DNA of 64,000 nt from Epithemia pelagica (GCA_946965045.2 OX337235.1:3658001-3722000), one strand, 5' to 3'; positions 44,298 to 55,187 are shown, counted from the first letter of the stretch. A program made the numbers and translations. The notes: a model not told the origin generated them from the letters alone.

Positions 44298-45320
44298 ATG
44301 GCGACAATGGCAACAAGAAATACACCGGAAGAGGATGGTACGGACTTGGCAGAGCCGCTCTTGGCCAATCCTCGTGGCAGCCGAAACGATGACGCTGCAC
44401 CGGTCGTGTCAACGAGTGGGGAGCAAGCAAGTAGTGTGCCGACAACAACACCCCCTTCTTCGTCCTCCTCCTCATCATCATCATCCGTTTCGTCGTGGTC
44501 GCTCTTGTGCCGGTTAATTCTATTGAGTCGACCGGAATGGCTTCTCTTGGCTATATCGACCCTTTTCATGACGATCAATCAAGGCACGCAATTGTGGTTG
44601 CCCAAACTTGTGGGTCGGGCCTACGATGATTTAATGGATCCAACCTTGGACTATAAAATGCCACGGATTCATGGCCTCATGGCCACCGTCTTGATCTTGC
44701 ATTGCGGTGGATCCAAGGCGGGATCGATCCGGACCGCACTCATGGGCATTGCCGGAGAGCGAATTGTCGCACGCTTGCGAACCACCTTGTATGGCCAACT
44801 CTTGCAACAAGAAATTGGTTTTTTTGATGCGACGCAATCGGGAGAATTAATTTCTCGATTGGGATCCGATACCACGGTTGTCAAACAAGCCATTGCCACT
44901 TCGTGGGCCGAAGTCGTGTTGGGCATGGTCAAGTTGTCCATTGCCATTGGTCTCATGGTGAGTATTTCGCCATCTCTGGCCAGTCTAACCGTGACAAGTA
45001 CCGTGGTGATTTTTGTGCTGTGCATCCCCTTTGGACGACTCTTGGGGAAATTGAGCAAGGAATTTCAAGACAAGCTGGGACAAGCCCAAAGTTGGCCGAC
45101 CGAAATTTTGGGTGCCATGCGAACCGTTCAAAGCTTTGTGGCCGAAGAAAAGGAAGCACATCGCTATGCCTCCTTGATTGGAACCAACCTTGTGATGCTG
45201 TTCGTTGTTGTTCCAAACGGGGTGCAGAGAGTTTTGGGGGGAAAGTTTTTACTTTTTTCCTCGGGTAAACCCCCCAAGGCCCCCCAACACGCCTGGTTGG
45301 GTTTGGCTCAGTCGATTTGA
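44298..45320 (+). CDS. Truncated ABCB/TAP-like transmembrane-domain-only ORF fused to antisense kelch-promoter sequence (~340 aa)
   Basis: ABC-membrane motifs ERIVARLRTTLYGQLLQQEIGFFDATQSGELISRLGSDT and EILGAMRTVQSF. Homology ends at about 45190; the tail is derived from segment A. Confidence 0.7.
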   Translation: MATMATRNTPEEDGTDLAEPLLANPRGSRNDDAAPVVSTSGEQASSVPTTTPPSSSSSSSSSSVSSWSLLCRLILLSRPEWLLLAISTLFMTINQGTQLWLPKLVGRAYDDLMDPTLDYKMPRIHGLMATVLILHCGGSKAGSIRTALMGIAGERIVARLRTTLYGQLLQQEIGFFDATQSGELISRLGSDTTVVKQAIATSWAEVVLGMVKLSIAIGLMVSISPSLASLTVTSTVVIFVLCIPFGRLLGKLSKEFQDKLGQAQSWPTEILGAMRTVQSFVAEEKEAHRYASLIGTNLVMLFVVVPNGVQRVLGGKFLLFSSGKPPKAPQHAWLGLAQSI

Positions 45321-45355
45321 AGATGCCGACGGGCGCGCACAAAAGACCCTTTGGG
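45311..45355 (-). promoter_or_regulatory. Orphan copy 7 of the kelch upstream motif
   Basis: Same 45-mer in duplicated segment A3, pointing antisense into the ABC fragment. Confidence 0.55.
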
Positions 45356-46295
45356 TGTCTTGGAACGGATGACGCTTTTTTCGTTGCACATGTGGTGCAT
45401 AGTCATGGTTGCCTCTTGTGTGTGTTTGATTAGGGTGGTAAGTGCAATCAAAGAAGCAAGATGCCAGGCTTGTGTGAGATGCAGGAGAAAGGGTTCATGG
45501 ACACAGTACACAAACGTCTTGGACGGATTCTCCATGATGATTCATCAGCAACAAGAAAGTGTGGATTGGCCGCCACTTGACGGACACCACCAACAGCAAC
45601 ACAAACTTCAGCGTCACCTACTGCGGTTACCAAGAAGCACAATGCCACTGCCACAAAACGCAATAATCCAACGAACAAATAGAGAAATCAAGCAAAAGGC
45701 CAATAAGGACAACCACGGCTATTACATTTCATGCTGCAAATCCCAATACCACGTAGATGGAACAGTGAATCAATCCATTTCAAGGACAAGGCGATACCGT
45801 ATAAAGACGACCGAGACGCTGATGAGGACATGGACACTGCTAGTCACGTTGGACCTTGCTTTCAATTCCCTCGCGGATGAGATCTCAATGAGTCTGTAGT
45901 TGGGTGGTCAGCAGCCGCCATTCTAGAGACTTTTCCTATTCGAAAAAACGAGGACATCAAGGTGCTTCGTTGTCAACCCAGGCAAGAATTCCACCTTTGC
46001 CGCTGACGACCACGACGGAGAGTCTCCCTCTTCCCTCTGCAAGTATGTTGGATGGGTGGTAACAGGTGATTCGCCGATGGTCATGGTCTACAGCAAAAGG
46101 GTAATGGCAAAGGATCACAAACAAGTTGGATCGAGTGGATCCGATCGGTTCCGTCACCATGGCTCTCCAGTTTGTTACGGATACGAGGAGGAAGAACGAA
46201 CCAACTCCCAGTAATCATACGTACTTGTTGTGAATTGTGAAAGGATTCTCGGTTCGGTTGCGTAGACGACCACGAACTTGGACCACGCCGAACCT

Positions 46296-46375
46296 CAACT
46301 TCAAACGGAAGTGGTAGGTCTTTCGAAAAAGCAACCGAACTTTTTCGAAAGACCTACCACTTCCGTTTGAAGTTG
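46296..46375. repeat. Perfect 36-bp inverted repeat with an 8-nt loop
   Basis: CAACTTCAAACGGAAGTGGTAGGTCTTTCGAAAAAG-CAACCGAA-CTTTTTCGAAAGACCTACCACTTCCGTTTGAAGTTG. Confidence 0.97.
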
Positions 46376-46608
46376 GAAATCCAGCATAGCCAATGGGGAG
46401 CCACACCAGTGAGAACTCAAGCATCGAGATTGGATCGAGGTTCGTTGACCATTGACCACATCATGTCGGTATCCACGTGAATGGTACAAAGGAGGATGAC
46501 CCCCCCCCCCCCCACCCCCCCACCCCAAGTAACATTGGATTTCGAACGATTGAGAGAGAGAGAGAGCGGTCACAAAATCCAAAACCAGCAAAGTCGAACC
46601 GGCCACAC

Positions 46609-47301
46609 ATGAAGCTTGACATGACCTCCTCGCAACCTGCTCTTCGACAATTGGAACTTTCCGACAAGGATGTTTTGTGTACCAAGGACAAGACCTTGCG
46701 CCATCATCCGTGTAATTGCTTCTTTCGAGCTCACATTGACAAAATGCTTCCAACCTACAAGAGTGTCACGGGCAAATTGAACAAGATGAACTTGACCAAA
46801 CAAATTGTCGATAAACTGGAAATGTTTCATGGCATGAGGTTTGTCAAATTCAACGACGAGACTGCCTCCTGGGAACAAGTCGACAGCTCTGTGGCTCGAG
46901 AAAAGGTCGGACATGCCATTCGGTTTGCCATTCGACGAGAACAAAAGCAAGCACTCAAGAAAGAGACCACCAAAACAGCACTCAAAGCAAGAACGGTGTA
47001 CAAGGTTCGCTCGACCATGGAAGCGTGCCATGTCGTTTCGGATTGCAGCAGTTCCGATGAAGAGAGCACGGGTGTCATGGACCAACAAGATCAAGAGACA
47101 ATGCAACCCACAGCATCGTCTGTATCTCCTGATTACACAAGAAGCAGCTTGGACAACATCATGTCGTCCGTGAATATTTCTCATGACTGCATCATGGACA
47201 GTGAACTGACTCCCATGAGCCAGTCCGAATCCACATCGTTGGTCTGGACCCAAGAAGACTTTCAGTTCTTGATGAATGAAACGGTTTTGTTTCAAGAATA
47301 A
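46609..47301 (+). CDS. DUF6824-like domain protein (~230 aa)
   Basis: DVLCTKDKTLRHHPCNCFFRAHI...KMNLTKQIVDKL...MRFVKF...WEQVDSSVAREKVGHAIR fits the diatom-expanded DUF6824 pattern. ATG 46609 is preferred over 46477, which would read through C and GA tracts. Confidence 0.8.
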   Translation: MKLDMTSSQPALRQLELSDKDVLCTKDKTLRHHPCNCFFRAHIDKMLPTYKSVTGKLNKMNLTKQIVDKLEMFHGMRFVKFNDETASWEQVDSSVAREKVGHAIRFAIRREQKQALKKETTKTALKARTVYKVRSTMEACHVVSDCSSSDEESTGVMDQQDQETMQPTASSVSPDYTRSSLDNIMSSVNISHDCIMDSELTPMSQSESTSLVWTQEDFQFLMNETVLFQE

Positions 47302-48293
47302 ACCGACGGCATGAACTGCTTTTCTTGATTTTGCGTTTTGGGGGACTGGTGACCATAATCGTTGCCTCAACATCTTTTGTACCATACTGAATAAATTTTG
47401 ATAACTGATAGATCAATTTTCATCATGCGTTGTAAGGACAACTGTCTACTGCTAGGACGCTCTTGGGTTCCTACTCCTATTTCTATGCTATCTTTCAGCT
47501 ATCGATGCTACCCCTATCCAACATTCCCCCTTTTTTCTCAAGGACGTTGAGTTCAAGGTCAGGGGGCAATCATTTTGGGGACACGGCGGGAATACTTACT
47601 TTGATCAATGATAGCCAATCAGCCAATCACAGCAGCCTGATAATTTACGACCTAAGAAGACTCGGTCTATTCCACCAATGGTATCAAGGAGCCGGAACCT
47701 CTGACGAGCATGGGGATGGACGACCCTCTTCTTGCTGGGAGCCTACAGTTGTTTGTGTCGACTCGTAGAGTCTAGACGACGCAATGCTATAATACCTAAA
47801 CAACCAATCAAAACCAGGGGGAAAATACCAGGACACAAGGTCCAGCAAGCAAGACAAAGCCTCAGCCGGTTTCAAGTCGTTGTCCTAAGTACGACGAACT
47901 CCTAAACAGCTAATCAGTTCTCAATGACGTAACGACTACTAGAGAAAACGTTCCAATGAGATTCTTCCATTCGCCAAGTATGCTAAACAAATTGGGATGC
48001 ATGCCCATAGGTCAAATCTCGTGACCGAAAGACATACACTGCAAAATGCGAAGCTAAACAATAAACAAAGCACTATACTGGGCCCCTTGTCCCAAGGTGT
48101 TTTCTTTTCTAATCCCATAGACGCGACACGTGGCCGGACGGATCTGTTCCGATCGAGTCTCTGTCTCCTCCCTCCTCAAAACTCCCTCTCTCACTTTGCT
48201 CACAATTTTCCAAACGGCAAAACCAAAAAGCCTCAATCGCACCATAACGCTCTGTCTGTGCTCCGATTTCCAAGAACAAGTGCATTCACCACC

Positions 48294-49319
48294 ATGAAGC
48301 TTTCCCTAGCCTTTCTCACCATGCTCTTCACTTCGTCTGCTGCCGCCGACTTTAGTTTGCGTGCTGCCTTTCAAGAAATGGTTGCCAGTGCCTCCACGGA
48401 ATCGTACAATGCCCGCATTGTTGTCGGTGGTCTTTCGGACATGGTCTCGGACGAGGAAGCCAACTTTATTTCCAAGCAAGCTCAAGCCGCGTACAACCAG
48501 GCCTTTAGTTTTGACAAGGCGGGCCAAAAGTTGGGCGATACCAAGACTCAAGGATTCTCCACCATTCCTTCCGACTCTTTCTGGTGGACACCCAGCACTT
48601 CCCTTGTCAAGAACAGCCAAGAAGCCGCCTTTATCAATGCTCAAGTCGATGTCTTTTATTACAAGGACAGTGTTTTGGGAGCCACGGCCGATCTTGGTCT
48701 TCTTCATGAACAGTTTCAACACGACTTGTGCGATCGTCTTCAAAAGTCCTCCTATGTCAATTTGGCTCATGCCAAGGACTGTACCTTTTCTTTCTTGGAA
48801 CACACTGGCTTGAACACCATTGGACCCGTCGAAACGGCCTACGGACATGGAGAAATCACCGAAGCCCAGCTAACCTTGATTGGTTTGCCCCACGAATTGT
48901 CGGATCGTGACAATGAAATTCTCAACCAAGTTGTTCTCAAAGCGCACAATCAAGCCTTTAGCAATTCCGCCTTGTCTCTTGGTTTGTTCCAAACTGTGGC
49001 TGACATTGCTGTTGGTGGTCACCAAGGGTGGTTGGACCGTTCGTGTGGATTGTGCTGCCCCTACGATGACGATGATCCACGATGCTGCTGCAATGCCAAG
49101 GCCGATGAGGCCACCATTGTCGTGGCTCGAGTGGCTGCTGCGGCTGGTCCCATTGAACAAGTGAGTTACCGTCATGCCAAGATTTCTCACGGTGACTTTG
49201 AAGACTTTGTCTGCTTTGAACTTCGTCAAAGTGGCAGTGCCACCTTTGAACATGTGCACGACTGTACCTTTAACTTTGTGTACAACCCCGTCGGCAAGGC
49301 CTTGACCAAGGTCAATTAA
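48294..49319 (+). CDS. Secreted protein (~341 aa) with a two-fold internal repeat
   Basis: Signal peptide MKLSLAFLTMLFTSSAAA after ACCACCATG. Repeated halves (..AAYNQAF / ..KAHNQAF; ..CDRLQKS..KDCTFSF / ..CFELRQS..HDCTFNF). Confidence 0.8.
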   Translation: MKLSLAFLTMLFTSSAAADFSLRAAFQEMVASASTESYNARIVVGGLSDMVSDEEANFISKQAQAAYNQAFSFDKAGQKLGDTKTQGFSTIPSDSFWWTPSTSLVKNSQEAAFINAQVDVFYYKDSVLGATADLGLLHEQFQHDLCDRLQKSSYVNLAHAKDCTFSFLEHTGLNTIGPVETAYGHGEITEAQLTLIGLPHELSDRDNEILNQVVLKAHNQAFSNSALSLGLFQTVADIAVGGHQGWLDRSCGLCCPYDDDDPRCCCNAKADEATIVVARVAAAAGPIEQVSYRHAKISHGDFEDFVCFELRQSGSATFEHVHDCTFNFVYNPVGKALTKVN

Positions 49320-49771
49320 GTTTGGGGGATTGTCGTATATATCTGTCATCTGTTCAATGCAAAGACGTTCTGAGCTCCGCTCCGTCTCTCCATGCACCAT
49401 GATTCTGGGGAGTTAAAAAGTATTCAGTAGAAAAGAATCACGTTATCGCACATGATCTTCTTTTGCAAAGTGTAGGCGCACAGAATGGAATCCCATGACG
49501 ATCACAACAGTCGTCACTGTACCGGTGCAATAGTATTGACAAGATGGCAAGGATTTACAATAAATCTCAATAGGTTGCATTGTCACGCAGAAAACAATGC
49601 AAAAAGTCCGAACAAAAGACTTTTCTATAGTTTCGCCATTGTAGGACATGCATGCAGTACTCGTATGTTGCCCATTTCAAGTTTCATCCTTCCCTTTGAT
49701 CACCACGTTGTGCATTCGCTGTTGCGAAACAAAAAGCCAACGTTGAAGTGACAGTAATTCAAATCATCATC

Positions 49772-50881
49772 TTACAAACCCATCTTCTCCCGAAAATGGT
49801 ACCATCCATTGGGCTGCTGTTCACAAAGTCGACGAAAACACCACGAATTCTTGTCCATTAGTGGGAATGTCGCACAGGTAGGATTGCCACTGCCACCAAT
49901 CACAGCAACTTGATTGACAACAGTCACCAAAGTGCAGCAAAGAGTGAGATTTCTGAAGGGTGGGAGATTCCATACACGGTTTCGGTGCGTATCCAGTACT
50001 TCCACGGTTGAATTGCGACGTCCTCCCGCCACCACCAGACTGGATCCCACGGCAACCACTGCACAAGAATTTCGTGGGTTGGAAAGCACCAAATCAGAAT
50101 GAGTGATCCAAGTGGACCGGCAGGAAATGACTGTAGACAAACTGTCGTCGTTTCTCTCCTCATTGTGACAAGGCTTTGTAAAGTCCCAATACTCCACTGA
50201 AGTATTTGTTGTGGAGCCTCCAACGACAAAGATGCGGTGACCAATGACCGCACTGGCACACCATGATCGTGGACCGGCCAAAGAGGGTCCCGGAATGAAA
50301 GTGTGGTTGATGGTATCAATAATATCAACCGACCTGTTGTCCCTGTTGCATCCACCCATTACCACAATGTATCGATTGTGCACCGCAACAGCACAACATC
50401 CATATGTTCCTGTTGATAATCGACAATTCAACATCGTCCAAGGGCTCGCGTATGTACTGGTGCTTGTCGCTAACGATGATTGCAGTAAATCATTGGCATC
50501 AATTCGTTCCATGCAATCCAACCTTGAAGGTCCATTGCGTCCTCCCATCGTGTAGACGCCTCCATTGCACACAACAGCGGCATGTCCCCGACGACAGTTA
50601 TTCATGGGTGGCCCTTCTCGCCACTGCTTGTCTGTTTGTGCTAAATTCAATACAAGAACGGAATTGGTAGTATTCCAATCGTTGTCGTATCCTCCCAGCA
50701 CGACCACGGTTTGTCCTTTGTTGTTGTTGTTGTTGTTGCTATCAATAGGATGATCAAGAACGACCGATGCATGAGCGCAACGCCATCCCCCCTCAAGAGA
50801 AGGCCACTCGGTTTCATTCCATCCTGGTTCTTCGTCGGAAAGGACAAGGCCTGACTGCCATGCTTGCTCTTTCAGTGTCAT
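49772..50881 (-). CDS. Kelch-propeller-only protein K6 (~369 aa)
   Basis: ATG at 50881 (MTLKEQAWQSG) aligns with the paralogs; six blades; short C-terminal tail. Confidence 0.9.
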   Translation of the reverse strand: MTLKEQAWQSGLVLSDEEPGWNETEWPSLEGGWRCAHASVVLDHPIDSNNNNNNKGQTVVVLGGYDNDWNTTNSVLVLNLAQTDKQWREGPPMNNCRRGHAAVVCNGGVYTMGGRNGPSRLDCMERIDANDLLQSSLATSTSTYASPWTMLNCRLSTGTYGCCAVAVHNRYIVVMGGCNRDNRSVDIIDTINHTFIPGPSLAGPRSWCASAVIGHRIFVVGGSTTNTSVEYWDFTKPCHNEERNDDSLSTVISCRSTWITHSDLVLSNPRNSCAVVAVGSSLVVAGGRRNSTVEVLDTHRNRVWNLPPFRNLTLCCTLVTVVNQVAVIGGSGNPTCATFPLMDKNSWCFRRLCEQQPNGWYHFREKMGL

Positions 50882-51009
50882 GGTTATGGCACTCTCTTCG
50901 TGTGGTGCGAAGTGTGCCAAGACGCAAAAACGTGTTGGGAGATTTGTGGAAGGCTTTAGAGTCAAAGTGTCTGTCGTGTGTGCGGATCGCACAAAGAATT
51001 CGTGACACA

Positions 51010-52270
51010 AATGGCAAGTTTCTGGTCGACGAATTATTATCATCGACGAGACCTGACACCTGACCAACACGAGCAAATTGAACAACACTTGTCTCTTCCG
51101 CGAAAGACGACGATGGAGGTAAGCGTCCATGAAATAATGGACGACTGCAATCAATCGGGAATGAGCCCCAACGTATGGTGGTTGCCGTTACCAAGATTGA
51201 ACAACACAAAAGTCACGGATCGAGGAGCGCAAGCACTTTTGGATATCGATAGAGACGTCAGGAAGAGAAGAGGAACTGGTGTGGATTGGTCGGAACTCAA
51301 GATCTCCCATACGAATATTGCTGACGTGGGTACTGAAGCGCTCGCCCGAACCTTTGTCAAAACGAACACCAGAGGCCCCAATCCCTTGCTGTGGTATTGC
51401 GAGGCGTAAAGGCCCTGGACGACCAGAGAACAGCAGTTCTGTTGAAATATGCTCTGCAACAGAATCTGTCCTGGCAGACCTTTAAGGTTGAGGATTGCAA
51501 TTTTGAATCTCGTGGATTGATCAGGTCGAACCTGTCATCTCAGGGCCTCAAGTATGTTGAAGTATCTACACAGACAGATGCACAATCCAACACTGTTGGT
51601 TGTTGCTACAGTGAATAATACTATTCGGGACCTTTTCTTTGGATCGAGGCGCTCTACAACATCAACCACAGCAACGAAACGAGAAAGATGAATTGCAACG
51701 ACGCACCCAAAGCTGAGGAACCACGAGATCCTCCACCCTCCTCCTCTTTGTTCAATCCTTTCCTTGTTCGTGACAAGAATAAAACGAGAACCAAGAGAGC
51801 GCGAATCGTGTTGATTTATACCGGCAATCACTGACACACAAACGAACGAATGGAACTACAAAAAGCTTGGTCTGGTTGGGGACTGTGGACGTCCCTTGGT
51901 ACCAATTTTTCCAACGACAGTGTTCCATCCGTCCATGATGTAGATGTGAAAATGAAGTTCCATCGGGTGACAGTCAAGAAAGGATCGGTCGCAATGGTGG
52001 GGAAAGTCGTCATATTCCTTTGTGCTTCTTGTGGTCGCCGCCGCACTGCTCAGTTCAAGGTCCGCTTGTTGCTGAATGACCAGAAAGATATAGACGATGA
52101 CGGAGCCATGGCCATTGCGGACATGTTGCAAAGTGACACGAACTGGCAAATAGTGGACCAGGCCGGGATCTTGATGATACTGTGGTGTAGATGAGCTGTG
52201 GTCAATGGGATGAAGAGCAATTGCGATTGGCGTTGCATGAATCTGTCTCATATCAAAATTGGTCAACTGG
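51010..52270 (+). pseudogene. Degenerate RNI-like leucine-rich-repeat gene
   Basis: Fragments LNNTKVTDRGAQAL, LKISHTNIADVGTEALA and IDDDGAMAIADMLQSDTNWQ lie in broken reading frames. Confidence 0.55.
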
Positions 52271-52647
52271 ACTCCGTCATTCGAGACATGCCGACCTTGA
52301 CGTGTGGAACCTGCCCTAATGTATTATATCGTCCATAATATGGCTCGGATTCGTCCTCGTGTTCGTGCTCGTCGTACTCTCGCCGTTGTCTGTCGCATCA
52401 CTGGATCAAACTCTCAAGTGTACACACACGACCGGATCTACCAAGAATAAGCCACATTCATTGTCGCTGTGGCTCTGGACGAAACAAGAACAATAACAGC
52501 ATCACATTCGACAATACTACAACACGAAACATAAACATACAAAATATGGAACGGCAAGCACGACGAAGCAACCAAGGTTGCAACCCGCGTAGGTAGCTCT
52601 GTCACTCCGAGAATTTGCAGAGGACAGTAGTGCCATGGCGGACGCTA

Positions 52648-55187
52648 TCATGGCTTTAGAAGGAAATTCATGTGCGGTCATATGCAATGTAACATGCAAG
52701 GAGTTGCTCTTTGATCTCCGTCTACTGCAATGTCTTTTGGCAGAGCAAGCCACTCTAGTCTAGGTATAGTGATTGAAAAGCATTTCATTAACTTACATGA
52801 TTCACAACGTAATTAAGTATTGGCACGATTCCCTCTTTGGCACGAGAGTATAATGGCCACCTGAGATAGTTTCCGGGCTCATGGTCATGCAACCTGTTGT
52901 ACATTTCAATTGATATCCTCCCCTCTGTCAAAATCACAATAATCTAAGTCCTCAATCGTTTAAGAGTCGACGACGAGATGGTGCAGGATGTAGCATTGAC
53001 GTCTCCGTTCCCCAATCTTTCATGACACTGATACCGTACATTCCGAGGCTGCTCACAGAGTCGACGGAAACACCACGTATTCCTGTCCACTAATGATAAT
53101 GTCGCACAGGAAGGATTGTCCATCCCCCCTATCAGGGCAACTTGATTGCCAACAGTCACCATACTGCCGTCTTCAAGCCGATTTTCTAATGGTGGGAGAT
53201 TCCACATGTGGTTGCGCTTCGTATCCAAGACTTCCATGGTTCGATTGTTTTCCGCCACCACCAGACAAGATCCAACGGCAACCACTGCACAAAAATATCG
53301 TGGGTTGGAAAGTACCAGATCAGAGTGAGTCGTCCAGCCAGACAAGAAGGAAATGGATGTAGACAGAGTGTCCTTTCTTTCCTTATTGTAACTGTGCTTT
53401 GCAAAGTCCAAATACTCCACCGAGTCAAGATTGCCGTCATCGTTGCAGCCTCCAACAACAAAGATGCGGTGACCAATGACCGCACTGGCACACCATACTC
53501 GTGGAACAGTCATGCCTGGTCCCGCAATCACAGTATGGTTGCTGGTGTCAATAATATCCACCGAAGACAATCTCTGCCGGTTGCGTCCACTCATTACCAC
53601 GATATACCGATTGTGAACCGCAACAGCACAACATCCCCATCGTTCCGTGGATAACCTAGTAGTCAATGTCGTCCAATGATTCTTTTTTGAGGTGCTTGAT
53701 GTTGTTAAAGATGATTGTACCAAATCAATAACATCAATCCGCTCGATACAATCCAACAACGAACAGTAGTTATTGCGTCCTCCCATCACGTAGATGCCTC
53801 CATTACACACAACAGCAGCATGTCTTTCACGTTTCTGGTTCATAGGCGGTCCTTCTCGCCACTGCTTGTATGATTCTGCCAAATTCAATAACAAAACAGA
53901 CTTGACAAAGCCTTTGTGGTGTTGGTTTCCTCCCAACACAACGACCGTCTGTCCATTGTTGTTGTTGTCCTGATCGGGATGATCCAGTACGACTGACGCA
54001 TGATCGTCACGCCATCCTCCCAGAAGCGGAGGCCAATCGGTTTCATTCCATTCTGCTCTCTCGTCCAAAAGGACAAGGCCCGACTGCCATGCTTGCTCTT
54101 TCAGTGTCAAGCTCATGGTTCCAAACGGTGAATGCAGAATTTATGAGGATCAAGACACACTGTATTGTGACAGGTTCGTGATTTGGGTGCTCCTGTGATG
54201 CGGATGGATGCGGACTGGAAGCACGACTGACTTGACGAAATGGATGGATCGAAACACGAGCGATCGTCGCGAGACAGATATGGACCGCAATAGTCCCACA
54301 AAATGAAGAAAGCCACATATATTCTTGAATTCGGAATACCACCGTGGAGGTGTTTGGATATCGAACACAAACTCCTCACGGCGAGACTGACCACCGCGTT
54401 CTGGTATCCTCACACGAGACTCTCGCAGAACAAAAGAATGTTCGAATGTGATGCGATTCGGTTCCGTCATCAGTTTTTGTGGTGGTTGCGCATGCGACTT
54501 GTCGAGTACTGTAGTAGTGTCGTGTTCGAACCATGCCATACAGGCTCCACAGTCTGTCAGTCTGTCTGGTTGTTGGTTCCCAACCAAAATACCAAGCGAC
54601 AACACTGCACAGGTCGGGGGAGAGGAAGTTGGTGGATTTGGACAGGACACGTGTGTCGGTCGTAGTTGGGAGATTCTCGACGTGCGTTTGTTCCATGTAC
54701 TCGTGTGCAATGCCTCGGAGTCCAGCTGGACGGGTGTGCCGGTCGTTCTCTCGTGGTACTGTCGCCCACGTCCGTCGTTTCCTTGCCCGGAACGTTTCGT
54801 CATGGGTCATGTTCGATTCGTACGGTCCGTCGTGGTGCCTCCCAGCGAACATGCAATGCACATGACAAAGAAGCACCGACAGGTAGCGACGGAGAAGCGT
54901 CCAACGTCCGGGAAGAATCACGGATGCGGTTGTACGATTGTGCTGCTGCAGTTGCGCCATTGGCATGCCATGTGATGATGATAATGGGTGGTGGTGGATC
55001 CGATTGGAACTGGAGAGATGTCGAGAGGGGGACGACCACATTCGATGAGACTGTCCATTTCGTCACGGAACGTCCACAGTGTCCATTGGTCGAACCACAC
55101 AATGTGGGAGAAGGCACCCGACGAGGAGCATGCCAAGGATGACAATGACGAAGAAGATGAATTTCGGAGTACGGTGTCAACCTCAAA
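52648..55187 (-). repeat. Left arm of a second inverted duplication (K7 plus flanks), partner 60271-62784
   Basis: High reverse-complement identity across K7/K8, their 3' flanks and about 1 kb of upstream sequence. Confidence 0.9.
52944..54116 (-). CDS. Kelch-propeller-only protein K7 (390 aa)
   Basis: Close paralog of K8. A 1-bp difference after KRLRT gives an early TAG and removes about 22 C-terminal residues. Confidence 0.9.
   Translation of the reverse strand: MSLTLKEQAWQSGLVLLDERAEWNETDWPPLLGGWRDDHASVVLDHPDQDNNNNGQTVVVLGGNQHHKGFVKSVLLLNLAESYKQWREGPPMNQKRERHAAVVCNGGIYVMGGRNNYCSLLDCIERIDVIDLVQSSLTTSSTSKKNHWTTLTTRLSTERWGCCAVAVHNRYIVVMSGRNRQRLSSVDIIDTSNHTVIAGPGMTVPRVWCASAVIGHRIFVVGGCNDDGNLDSVEYLDFAKHSYNKERKDTLSTSISFLSGWTTHSDLVLSNPRYFCAVVAVGSCLVVAENNRTMEVLDTKRNHMWNLPPLENRLEDGSMVTVGNQVALIGGMDNPSCATLSLVDRNTWCFRRLCEQPRNVRYQCHERLGNGDVNATSCTISSSTLKRLRT

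Larger units (their letters stand above)
30690..46295. repeat. Tandem segmental duplication of a ~3.6-kb unit (K5 upstream region A + RING gene B + 5' ABC gene C): A1-[copia]-B1-C1-[0.9-kb insert]-A2-B2-C2-A3(partial)
   Basis: Near-identical blocks: 30700-32200 vs 41650-43010 vs 45190-46295, and 38506-40750 vs 43007-45245. The same C-to-A junction (AACCTTGTGATGCTGTTCGTTG) occurs at about 40698 and 45188. Confidence 0.9.

Noticed and set aside
8143-45355. CRISPR-like array from the recurring 45-bp motif
   Set aside because: Copies are kilobases apart in both orientations and explained by gene duplication; there are no regular spacers or cas genes, and the context is eukaryotic.
45351-45899. 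Protein-coding gene in segment A (182-aa ORF; sister ORFs at 31032 and 41916)
   Set aside because: No recognisable domain, starts differ between copies, and copy 1 has a premature stop; conservation is explained by recent duplication.
30690-46295. Pure assembly artefact for the tandem copies
   Set aside because: The copies differ by many SNPs and indels, a 6.3-kb insertion and a 0.9-kb insertion, and are joined by a specific repeated junction. Haplotype concatenation is less likely but needs long reads to exclude fully.
48294-48360. Plastid bipartite (ASAFAP-type) targeting signal
   Set aside because: The residue after the likely AAA cleavage site is D, not F/W/Y/L, and no Ser/Thr-rich basic transit peptide follows.
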